From positions 128,638 to 192,637 of the forward strand of contig PS015022.1 of the NCBI GenBank assembly GCA_048213135.1: 64,000 bases of DNA, given 5' to 3'. The notes under the pieces were generated by a model. It did not search any database. It had not been told where the DNA came from and saw only the letters and a list, made by a program, of their open reading frames with translations. The DNA comes from Reclinomonas americana ATCC 50394 (taxonomy: Eukaryota). Shown one piece after another: positions 52,914 to 64,000 of the stretch; position 1 is the first letter of the stretch, and the number at the start of each line of letters is the position of its first letter. Position numbers and translations under genes: made by a program.

Positions 52914-55900
52914 ATGCAGGCAAGTCATTGCGCGCGCTCTCACACAGTAAGACTGACTGATAACGACCCACAATCGCGCATGCAGTTGTCCTCGGAGGAC
53001 CACAGGTGTGATCAGTCATTCTCTCACCTCATTCTCACTCTCACTCACAGTGCCTCTCTCACTCTCAGTGTGGTCGATCAAGACGAGATCACTCTTCCCA
53101 TTCCTCCTCTCACGTGCGATCGCGATGCCGATTTGATTGAGGAAGAAGAAAAAGAAGATGAGGATGATGATGATCCTTTGAGGCTGAGAGCGATTCGGCA
53201 ATGGGAACTGGAGCAGTCGGTGCCGATTGAGGACAGTGAGCTGCGCATAGGCAGTCGATGGGTGTGCGGAGATCACATTGATCCGGAGGAGGGAGTGGAT
53301 TTGGATGTGTCGGCTTGTTGCGTTGAGAGGGGAGAGGGAGGGAGAAGGAGGAGGGAGGGAGGGAGAGAGGAGGGAGTTAGAGACAGTAGCGAGAAGAGAC
53401 AGGAAGGAGAGAACGAGGAGAAGATCGAAGAATTGAGGGAAAACAGAGAAGGAGAGAAGAACGAAGACCTCGAGGAGGAGAGACAGAGAACAAGCGAAGA
53501 AGGAGGAGAGAGAGGAGGAGGAGAGAGGGGAGCAGAGGGAGAGTTGGAGACAGCAGCGAAGAGAAAGGAGAGAACAGAGAAAGAGAAGATCGGAGAATAG
53601 GAAGATGAGATACAGAGACTAGAAAAAAGCAACAGAAACAGGAGAATAGGAACAGAGGCTGGCAAGAAGGAAGCAGCAGGGAGAGTGGGCAAAGGAGAAA
53701 CGTTCAGAGGAGTTAGCAGCGAGAAGAGACAAGAAGGAGAGAACGAGAGTACGAGAGGAGAAGTAGAATATCGGAGAAACGGGATTTAGAAGGAGCGAGA
53801 GAGAACAATGGAAGGCGAGGAAGGAGCAGAAGTGGCGAGGCGAGAAGAGAAAGGATGGCAGATGACAGACAGGGACATAAGACGAGAATAAGAAATAAAA
53901 GGACAGGTGCAGAGTTCGAGAAAGAGAAGAGCAACGGGAGCGGATCGGTGCAGCACTCACCTGTTGCGCTTTCCCTCACTGCTTTCCCTCACAGGCTTGT
54001 TGACTCGCGACGGCGATGTGGTAGACATGGTGTGGTTCCGGAACCTGGTCAGCCACGATGGCGCTGTGACGGTGTGTGCCATTGTCTCTCCGATGCCTTC
54101 TGTCACACTCTTACGTTCCTCGATCGCAGCACTCGGGCGACAATCGGACTGGTGTTGATGATGGTGATGTGGATGGTGAGTGCTGCGCCTCATTCGCGAT
54201 GCTTGATGGCGTGCACGCTGATCCACTTTGAGCGCAGCCGATCAGGAGACCATCACAGTGAATCTCCGACAGCTGGATCGTCGGGTGGATGCCGTGTTAG
54301 TGGTGCTGAACAGGTCTTGTAACATAGTCCTTCTGCCTCTTTCTCTTCCGTGTCTCATTTGCAGCGCAGTTTCGAGGGCATTCCCTTCACTGATCTCAAA
54401 CGAGTGGTGATTCGTGTGTACCGACCCGACGGAGGCGAGCTGGGACGATTGGATGTCAGCAACCTCGGCTCCTACACTGGCGTTCTGCTCTTCAAGCTGT
54501 ACCGCATCGTCGACGACACGTGGCACCTCATGGTGGCCCTCGATCCGGCACCAGGGCTCACGGCTGCCGATGTTGCGACGCAGTGTGCGCACTTTCCCCA
54601 CTGCACTGATCACTCACTTGTCTCTCCCGCACGCAGCTCACGGAAACCATGCAAGTGCGCCACATCAGCCTACATGATACCTCTTGTCTCATACACTCAC
54701 TCACCATCCCACACAGAGACTCGTCCGTGAGGATTTCCCTGGCGGTGATCCGTGCACGTTGAAGCACGTGCGCGCCGGTCTGCAGCGAGTCGGTCGCCTG
54801 CCTCCAGGCCTCTCCTTTGCTTTCACTTCGGTATCCTTGCAGGTGCGTTGGTGCAAAGGCTGCTGCATTGCTTTCTCTTCCTTAGTCATCCTCTCGTCAA
54901 CAGCATTTGCGATTACGCGACATTGAACCAGTGGTGCAGTTTCGCACGCTGGAATGTGTCGACATTACCGACAATAGTGTGACGGATGTGGCGTGCCTCT
55001 CGCGGTTACCGTCGCTGCGCCGTCTGCATGCCGCGCAGAACTTTATTCGCCACCTATCGCCGTTGTTTGCCAGCCCATCGCTGCAGTTTGCCGACTTGTC
55101 GAGGAACTCGGTGCGCCGTCTGGAGGGCAGCATTGCGCGATCTCAGCTGAGCACGCTGATCTTGCGAGGTGAGTGTGCACGGAGAGATATCAGACGCCCC
55201 TCGTCAACACTCGCATGACGTGGTGGTGCTCCATGCAGACAACAAGATTCAGGCGCTGGATGTCGCCGGCCTGCACTCGCTGACCACGCTCGATTTGTGC
55301 GGCAACTCACTGGTCACCATCGGGCGTCTGGAGGCGCCCAAGCTGAAGAACCTGAATCTGGTTTGTGTGGGGGAGAGAAGGGAGGGGCGTGTGCGTGTGG
55401 ACAATGGTTGGCTCACACACTGTGCAGACGGGCAACGACATTGAGCGACTGGACGGCATTGAGCAGTTCCCGCAACTGGAAGATCTCGGCCTCTCGCGCA
55501 ATCGCATCCGCTCGCTGGAGCGCCTCGGTGCGGCCAATCTCAAGGCACTCAAGTCTCTTCAAGTCAGGTGAGCGCGTGCGTGCACGCACGACTTGTTCGA
55601 GTTCCATCATCTCACCTACAGCGCAGTGGCAATGCCATTGCGACCATCACCGAGGTTGTCCACCTGCGCTCCTGTTCATCGCTCACTAATGTCGACATTT
55701 CTGGTGCGGGCTGCCACAAATGCACGGCGCGTCGCCCTTCGTCGTCTCACTGTGTTATATGCATGCAGGCAATCGGTTTCAATACATGCGAGGCGATGTG
55801 CTGGCTCTCCTGCTCGGTGGGCAGGCCATCCACGTCGCCGGTTTTTGCCGCATGGTTCGTCACTCCTCCATGCTCCGTCTCCGCTCTTCCCCTTTCCTCA

Positions 55901-56067
55901 CGCACCTGCCACAGAACGACGAGCCGGTGACGGCAGAGGAAAAGGAGCGCGCCGTCGAATTGGTACGGCGCGGCGGCTACGAGGAGCGCATGTTTGCACT
56001 GGCCGACGAGTTGGCCGAGAAGAGACCAGTCGGTGCCGCCCGACAGGCGATTCAGGATCGAATATGA
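52914..56067 (+). CDS. TerD/CABP1-like domain fused to an LRRC23/LRGUK-type LRR domain
   Basis: GVDLDVSAC|LLTRDGDVVDMVWFRNLVSHDGAVT|HSGDNRTG...DQETITVNL...VLNS|FEG. An 18-nt microexon (54637-54654) links it in frame to GLQRVGR...AFTSVSLQ|HLRLRDI...LSRNRIRSL...DEPVTAEEKERAV. The start is uncertain. Confidence 0.78.
53320..53945 (+). repeat. Purine-rich intron with degenerate ~168-nt repeat
   Basis: Related blocks start at 53374, 53541 and 53710 and share AGCGAGAAGAGACARGAAGGAGAGAACGAG-like sequence. Confidence 0.75.
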
Positions 56068-56244
56068 TGAACGCATAGCGATCCCTTTGTACTACTGATT
56101 TCATTGTGCGGGCGACAAGTTTAACAAGCAGTGGGCTAACAGACAGACACACACATACAGAGAGGCGGAAGAGAAAAAGTGTTGACAAGCAGAACACCAA
56201 ACATGGCAAGAAAAAGAAAAAGAAAGGACACCACGCGCTGCTGC

Positions 56245-57728
56245 TCACGTGGCCGAGTCCAGTTCACCACCCGATCCCGACCCTGATGCACCCGACGGTC
56301 CAGCTCGCCCTGCATGCACATGTGAGACCACGTCTCCTCACTCACCACACTCCCCACTCCCCACTTGCCACTCTACCTGCAGCCTCGTCCTCCCTCTTAA
56401 ACTCCTCAATCATCTCCTGCAGCTCGTGCTCCAGCTCATCCTCGGTCATGGTGTCGCGCTCCGAGAACTCGGAACTCAGCGGATCGTGATCGTCAAACGG
56501 ATCCATCTGCACCTCCAGCTGACCGCCGTACTGCCGAGGAAGATCTTCGGGGTTGAAGAACTTGGCCAGCTGCTCCTTCCAGTCACTGCCCAGCACTCGA
56601 ATCTGTGCACAGCGAGAGAGAGAGAGGATGAGTGCCTGATTGAGTGATCACAAGCCTGCGGCACAAGAGCACCTTGTTGATCGTGTCCTTTTGCAGGAAC
56701 GGAGTCACCACCGCCCAAATCATGCGGAAATACCACGGCGCATTGATCACAAACGAGCACGCCTGGCGTTCGGGGAAGTTATCCTGCAGGCAATTGGCCA
56801 GCGCTTTGCCCATCGCCAGATCAATGTTCTTGCGCGACATGTCCGTAAGGTCCATGATCGTCACAAAGTTGTGCACGTCCTTGGGGAAGCTGCGGTGAGC
56901 GTGAGCAAGATGGTGTGGATTGCGACCAAGCATCACCACCACTCAACTACTTCTTGATGCCCTTGCGCAGCGTGTACACGGCATAGCGCAGAGTGTCCTC
57001 GGGCGACGACAACTTCGGGTGGTGATTGCGCAGGACGGTGATCTGCCGTCGCATTTACAATGCGTCAATAAGACTGCACTGTACTCATAAAGTGAACACA
57101 CACAAACCAATGTCGGCCGCCCATACTTGTCCTTGCCAGCCCAGAAAGCCTATCCACACAGCAGTGTCAGCAACGTGCATCACCACCAGTGTCGCCCCAT
57201 CGCGCACTGCATCAATCACCTTGCGCTGTCGACGTTGGAACTCGACCACCTCCGGCTTGATCTCGTCCGGTCGGTACTCATCAAGCCATCGAATGTGCGC
57301 CTCGGCCAACTAAATAACAACACATAAGAGAGAGCGGACGTGAGACAAAACAAATATGAGCAGCAGAGCGCACCTTCAGAGTCTCGTCGACTTTGAACTT
57401 GCGCGCCTTGAGGAAGCTGCTCGTGCACAGTGACGCTCAGAGACAGGCAGACAGTCAGACAGAGTGGAAAGAGCGTGACTCACCGCAAGCACTTTTGATC
57501 GTCTCTGTGCACACGTGTTCGACACACAACGTCAGCACACAAACAAACAAAATCTCTCTCTGTCACACACAGTCAGTGTGTGTGTGTGACTGTGTAAGAG
57601 CGCAACTGAGGCCAACGACGCAGACGGCCTGACGTGTGCACGGCCAAGATCTCCTTGAACTCGTCAAGTGCCTTTGCCTGCTCGTCATTCGTCACCTCAA
57701 TGAACGGCTTCGGAAACGACTCGTCCAT
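56245..57728 (-). CDS. CRAL-TRIO (Sec14-like) lipid-binding protein
   Basis: FLKARKFKV, TIMDLTDM, LQDNFPERQACSFVINAPWYFRMIWAVVTPFLQKDTINK|I, EDLPRQYGG. Confidence 0.92.
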
Positions 57729-58021
57729 GCTCTACACCCACTTGAAGTCAGCATGATAGATCGCCACTCAACAAACAAGCGACAAGAAGTGTGTCTCAAG
57801 CTTCGGACCAAAAGAACAACAAAATAGAATAAAAAACATAAAGGAATCATTGTGTTGCCCGACGATCACACACACTCGCACTCACTCTCTTACACTGACA
57901 CACACGAGCACACTGGCTGACGCAACTCTCTCTTTGTGTGTGTGTGCGATGATCGTTGTCTGTTGGTTGCAATGGACGATGGATTGTTGCATTCTCGACT
58001 TTTGTGTGTGTTTTGACTGCA

Positions 58022-61000
58022 ATGTTTGGTGGAGGCGGTGACGAGGACGATGATTACTTTCCCGTAGAGGGACGCTCTGAGTTGCGTCGTTATGCATGTG
58101 TGTGTTTTTGTGTGTGTGTGAGAGAAGTGTGAGGACATGTTTTGCGCGTGAGTGTGCACTCTCTTGCCTGTGTGCGCTCTTTGTGTGTCAGTGTGAGTGT
58201 GTGTGTTGCAGTTGTGGAGTGAGTGATGCATTCGTGTGTGTGTCTGTGTGAGTTGGGTGTCTTTGTTGCTTGTTTTTCCGACGCGCGCGCGCTCTTTGTC
58301 TCTCTCTCGCTCCCCCTCTGTGCTCTGTGAGCTCTGTGAGAGAGAGAGAGACACTGTGCACTCCACCACTCAGTCAAACGCAGTCTCTCGATCTCATGCA
58401 TATATTGCGTGCGGTCATGGCCATGCCGTGTTCACCCCCCTCTCTCACTCTCTGTCTCTCTGTGCGTACACACAGTCGCCTGCAGAACCTCTTCTCGTTG
58501 GACTCTGCAGGGAAGAGCGCCGGCAATGAGTCGTTCAAGTATCGGCCACCGCGCGAACCGAACGCGCCTCGTGGACCAAAGAGTTGCGTCACAAGAGGCA
58601 GACAGAGGCAGAGAGACAGAGAGAGCGGTGCTGACTCCTCCGTGTCCACAGCGAGCGAGGAGGACAACTGGTCCAAGGTCGGCGTGCTGGCGGCGGTTCC
58701 AGTGCAGTTGTACAAGCTGTTGCGTCGTCCGTCGGTGCTCCACGCGCGTTGTTGTGTGGCGAGTTTCTCCGCTCACTTCTCTCTCTGGCAGTGACTCGAG
58801 CACCGGTCAGTATGCGTCGCTCGGCAAGGTCGGTGCTGCGCTGATGGCTGCCAATCGACCGGCGACGGAGACCGGCACCAAGCTCAAGTATCAGCTGCTG
58901 TGCTATCTGTCGAACGACAAGGTGTTTGCGGTGGCCACGATGAAGCCCGAGTTCCTGTTTGAGATCAAGAACGAGCAGTACGGCAACTTCACCGATGATT
59001 CGGGCTTCCCGTGCAGTCTGGCGTTCACGTCGGCGGAGCTGGCGGCGGATTTCGCGGCCAAGGTGGCGCTCACGCGCTATCTGTCGTCCACCGACGCGCT
59101 CAATGTCGGCAGTGGCCAGCTCATCACGCAAGATGTGGTGCAAGGTGCCGGCAACCCGGTGGGACCTGGTGACACAGTGGGCGTGGCCTACGCAGGCAGT
59201 CTAGTGCGCTTCCAGGATCTCTCGCTGGCCACACAGTTCGACTCCAATCTCACCTCCGGCAAGCCGTTCCGTGTCACACTCGGACAGTCGCGCGTCATTC
59301 AAGGTGTGCATTTTTGACGTGTGGCCACTCTTACATGTGTTCCCTTTTGATGGCTGACCACCTGTGTAGGATGGCACGAGGGTATCATGGGCATGCAAAA
59401 GGGCACGAAGCGCTTCCTCGTGATTCCGCCAGGCATGGCCTATGGCGAGGCCGGCATGCCGCCCACCATTCCGAAGAATGCCGTGCTCTTCTTCCAGGTG
59501 GAGGTGCAGAAAGTCAAGTGGAGTGAGGATGTGGCGTCGGCCACAGCTGCCGCGAACGCTGCCGCCGGTGTGGTGGACACGCGTGTGCGATCGGCCTCCA
59601 CGGCCTCGGCGTCGTCGCAGGGTGCTGCCGCTGGCGACGCCGGTGCAGCTGGTGCCGCTGGTGGTGACGGAGCGCCTGACGCCAAGGACTCGCTGAGGGC
59701 ACGCATGGCACGCTTGGGACAGGCCACAATGATGGCCTCCCCAGTCGCACCGTCGGCGGCAGGAGCAGCGACGGCGACCGATGCAGACACAGCCGCTGCT
59801 CCGCCGACCGATGCTTCTCAGGGCGTCGACCCGCAAGCGCAAATGCAGCAGCAACAGCAACAACAGGCACAGATGGCACCGGTGCAAGTAATGCCACAGC
59901 AGCAGCAGCAGCAGCAGCCAATGATGCAACCACAGCAACAGCAGCAGCCGTATGGACAGCCGTTTGGCCAGCCGCAGCCAGGATTCCCTGGACAGTATCC
60001 GCAGCAGCAACAACAACAACAGCAGCAGCAGCTGGGTGTGTATCCGCAGCAGCAGCAACAACAACAACAACAACCACAACAGTTCCCGCAAGGTGCGTAC
60101 GGACCGCAACCGGGACAGCCTGGCTACATGCAGAATGGTGGTGTCGGTGGCATGTACCCCAGTCAAGGCATGTCACCTACTGGCTACGGGCAGCCGCAAC
60201 AGCAGCAGCAACAGCAGCAGGGCTTTGGACAGCCGGGCATGACGCCTGGTGGTCCAATGGATCCCAACACGCCGCGCATGTATGTCAACCAGTACGGGCA
60301 GTTGGTGCCAATCCTGCAGCAGCAGCCGGCCTTCAACCCCGCCGCGATGCAGCCAGGTACCTTGTGTGCTTCCACCACCACTGCTGATGGATGTAAGATG
60401 AGTTGCTCATGTGTCCCTTGCAGATGCACAGTCGCACGTTGGAGGACACGGCTTCGACAGCCAGCGACCACCCGACGCGCCGCAGTGGGTCGGCCAGATG
60501 CTGTCGGGTGTGGACGTGGTGCTGGGCCGCCTGGACCGCATCAGCACCAAGATTGACCGCGTACAGCGAACGGTGGGCGACAGCGATTTTGAGGGCAGCG
60601 CAGTCTCGTCGTCGCGCAGCAGCAAGCGACGCTCGCACCAGCGCCGTTCGTCTGGCTCCTCCAAACGACGCAGTAGCAGCGGCAGCAAGCACCATCGCCG
60701 CGGCAGTCGGCGGCAGGCAGATGAAGATTCGGAGGCCAGCGACATGTCGCCGCTCTCCAGCAGCGGTGGCTCGGCGTACAGCACGGCCGAGAGCGACGGC
60801 GCGGTCTCTGGCGACGAGGGTGCCAGCGGCAGCGGTGCCACTGGTGAATCGTCTACCCGCCGCCGCACCGCGGCCACCACTGGTTGCGTGAAACAGAGAG
60901 TCGGGTGCATATTTTGCAATTTTAATCGTATGGATACTGACTGTGTGGTTGGTTACAGAGGCGGTGTCGAAGCGCGCGCGCAAGCGTGCCAAGGACATGG

Positions 61001-64000
61001 AACAGTATCTGGGCGGTGTGGAGCGCATGCAGGGCTGGGTGCTGCGATTGGAGGCCGAGGTGGACGAGAAGAGCAAGACATTGGAGGCCACCAAGAAGAA
61101 GCTGCGCGACGTGCAGGATCGCGCCGACAAGGAGGCGGAGGAGCACAGCAAGTTGTTTGCGGAACGTGGTGACGCGCTCCGGTCGCAAGTGGTGCAACTG
61201 ACGCAGCAGAGGGCCGCATTGGAGCGTGACCTGGCCGATCTGCAAGTTCGCTGCGAGCAGTACGAGAAGGACCTGAGTGAGCTGAAGAAGACGCACGCTG
61301 TTGTGGTCGGCGAGGATGCTGCACGACGGGTTTGTGCTACTTCCACCAATGCACCTGAATGGTCTTGGTCACTGACGATGTGCGTGCGCGTGTGTGCAGA
61401 CGGAGCTGGTGGAGGCCAATCAGAAGCTGCGCGATGCCAGCACTGAAGTCGGACGATTGCGCGACGAGATGGACGGATTGCGTGCGCAGCTGCGCGAGGG
61501 TGCGGCGTGTGCCTTGTACCTTACCTTTTCTTGTTTGTGCGACTGATTTGTTGTTTCCGGGAGCAGAGCGCTCGCTCCGTGAGGCCGCCAGTGCCAAGGT
61601 GGAGGCGCTGGAGGAGGAGCTGACGGACTTGCGTGGCGTGAAGGAGAAGGCCGGCTCGCGTCTGGACGAGCTCAAGGCCAAGAGCCGTCAGCAGCGCGAG
61701 TCCATGGAGGCTGACTTTGAGAAGACCCGCAAGGAGTTGCAGGCGGAGATTGATCGTCTTCAGGAGGCGCTCAATCAGGAACGGTCAGTTTGTGTGTGTG
61801 AGAGTGAGAGCGAGCGAATCTGCGCTGCTGGTGCTGACTCCGACGATTGCATATTCAGCACGCGGTCGGAGGCCACCACTGGCGAGCGCTTGCGCCAGTC
61901 GCAGACTGAAATCGAAGCTCGATGGAAGGAGGTTGCGGAGAAGCGTGAGGCTGCCGCGTACCAGGCGGCTCGCAATGAGGTTTGTGTTCTGGCCAAGAGG
62001 CAGGAGAACTGTGATGTACTCATTGTTTGTGCAGGCCGAATTGATGCTGCAGCAGAGAGTGGCCGAGGTGCGTGCGGAGACGCAGCAGCTGCTGGCCGAT
62101 CGCGAACAGCAGCACAAGGCGACGCTGGCCGACGCTCTGGCCAAGGTCGACGCCACCTACCGTGCCAAGATTGTGCAACTGCAGGAGGCCACCAAGCAGC
62201 AAAAGTTGTGTGCTGCACCGTGGGAAGGGGAGGTGAACTCAGAATCACTTTTGTCTCATGCGTGTCAACAGGAGTGCACGCGATCAGCAGTTTGTCGGGG
62301 CGCTGGAGGAGCGCAACAAGGCGATCGAGAAGCTGAATGAGCAGCTGGTGGCGGCGCGCCAGGAGCGACAGAAGCTGATTGAGGACGCACGCGCGCGACT
62401 TGCCGAGATGCAGAAGCGCTACGCCGCATCGTCGTCTGCGGCGGCTGAGAACAGTGGCTACGCAGCCGAGGATGTGAAGTTGGTACGTCGTGGCGCATGT
62501 GTGAGGACACAGTCAGTGCTTGCGCCAACTCACACGTATTTTTTGCAGGCCATGAATCGTATCTACGTCGACTTTGAAAAGTCAGTCGACAAGTCGGCGA
62601 GCTATCCGAGTTTCGTGTTGTTGTGCCTTTCGTGCATGCATCGGCATTCTGACCTTTCATGCTTCTGCAGCTCGCGAAGTGTTGACAAAGCTGGTGGCCA
62701 CCATCAAGAGCGTCACGGCGCGCTTCATGGCTGGAGAGCTGGTGGACGACGACGATGACGATGAGGAGGAGGACGAGGAAGAAGAAGAGGAGGAGGAGGC
62801 GGAGGAGGAGGAAGAGGAGGCGCCTGCAGTGGCGGCTGCTGGCTCGGTGTCGGTGGGAGAGGCTGATGAAGATGAGGAGGAGGAGGAGGAGGAAGCGGCT
62901 GTTGGCGAGGCCGTGCCGCCGCCTGTGGTTGCCGCAGTGTTGCCATCTCCTGTTGTATCGCCGCACGATGTACACGTGGTGGTGTCAAGTTCGGCGCCGA
63001 GCGCGCACCATGCGGTGCCGGAGCACGTCGCTGCCAGCAGCTCTGCGCCAGAAGTTGTGGCGGTCGAACAGCCGGAGGAAGAGGTGGCCGCGCAAGTGGA
63101 AGCAGAGGAGGAGGTGGTCGTGGCGGAGGAGGAGGAGGAGGACGAAGCGCCAGCAGAGACCTCGGTTGTCGACGCTCCGCGTGCGCCTTCACCCGCATCA
63201 GCACCTGCTCCGGAACCGGTGGTTGCCCCCGCTCCGGCTCCAGTGCCTGTGCCAGCTCCAGCTCCAGTGCCTACTGCCGCACCTGAACCAGTGCCAGTCG
63301 CGACGATTGCCGTCAGTCAGCCACCGCCACCACTGTCACCGCCACCAGTGGCACCAGCACCTGCTTCACCGGCTGGTGTCCGCGTGCTGTCGGTCGAGTC
63401 GGCGGCACCGGCACCGACGCCGGAGAAATCACCGCTGAAGACGGCCGATGCCGCAAGCGGTTTGTTTGGCACCGATGAAGACGCAGAGCATGTCACTGCT
63501 CCTCCGTCGGCCGAAAAGAAGCCGTCTGGAGCCGCCGCCGCCGCTGCAACAGTCAAGGCCAGCAGCGCTGGTGGACTGTTTGGCGACGGAGACGATGATG
63601 AGGCTGGAGGGATTTTCGGCGACGGAGACGCGTTGCGTGCTGACAGAATTTCCTTTTTGTGCTTTTATTGTTTGCTTGTGCTCACTGTTGGGCACTCTGA
63701 CAGTCCGGCGGAGCGCAAGCCAGCTCGCCCTGCTGCGTCTGCAGCCAAGAAGAATGCACCACCACCGAAGCAGTCATCATCATCGTTGTTTGGCGATGAC
63801 GACGACACGGAAGACATTCTCGGTGGATTGCCTGTTGGTGCGTTGACTTGGCAACCAGGTTCTCTCTCTCCCTCCTGTGTGTTGACGTCTTCTCTGCAGC
63901 CGCGCCATCCTCGTCATCATCGTCGTCCGGTGGTCGTGGGGCGCGCCGTGTTGTTGCCGAGGACACGGGCTTGGATGCGGCTCCTGTGGACGAGATCTTT
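58022..64000 (+). CDS. FKBP15: FKBP15/WAFL-like protein (WH1-like, FKBP PPIase, Q-rich, coiled coil, acidic tail); 3' end outside window
   Basis: MFGGGGDEDDDYF...RLQNLFSLD...NESFKYRPPREP, GQYASLGKVGAAL, QYGNFTDD, GDTVGVAYAG...FDSN...VIQ|GWHEGIMGMQKGTKRFLVIPPGMAYG. Confidence 0.9.

Noticed and set aside
54831-54903. U12-type donor GTATCCTT plus a TTCCTTAG branch-like motif
   Set aside because: Using the downstream CAG|GTGCGT donor keeps VSLQ and gives the spacing expected from LRRC23-type N-caps, so the U12 match is probably chance.
59840-60320. CAG/CAA repeats as a separate element
   Set aside because: They are ordinary poly-Gln coding sequence within FKBP15.

Overview
This is gene-dense, intron-rich eukaryotic genomic DNA: GC-rich exons, mostly 65-100 nt introns and CA/GA microsatellites. 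It probably comes from a flagellated unicellular eukaryote, judging by DZIP1-like and LRRC23/LRGUK-like genes. There are two assembly gaps. Splicing by hand gives about 20 protein genes: PRP39, an ammonium transporter (Amt) fused to a class III nucleotide cyclase, a vWA + TRP-like multipass membrane protein, TTC27, a membrane-associated CX5R phosphatase, DZIP1, a large possible FANCA-like gene, a bacterial-type PNPOx-like/FNR/2Fe-2S oxidoreductase, a WD40 protein, a WD40 + NEK-like kinase, two PH proteins, a mitochondrial carrier, a TerD + LRR fusion, a CRAL-TRIO protein, FKBP15 and several unknowns. A U2 snRNA gene and a tRNA-His(GUG) gene are also present. The best novelty candidates are: (1) the Amt-cyclase fusion, a possible eukaryotic ammonium sensor with intact pore residues but altered cyclase catalytic residues; (2) more than 20 introns that need a 'shifted' GTTGYG donor lacking G+5; (3) the TerD-LRR fusion; (4) a divergent U2 with a DUSE-like upstream element. 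All family calls come from motif recognition by eye, and no database searches were run.
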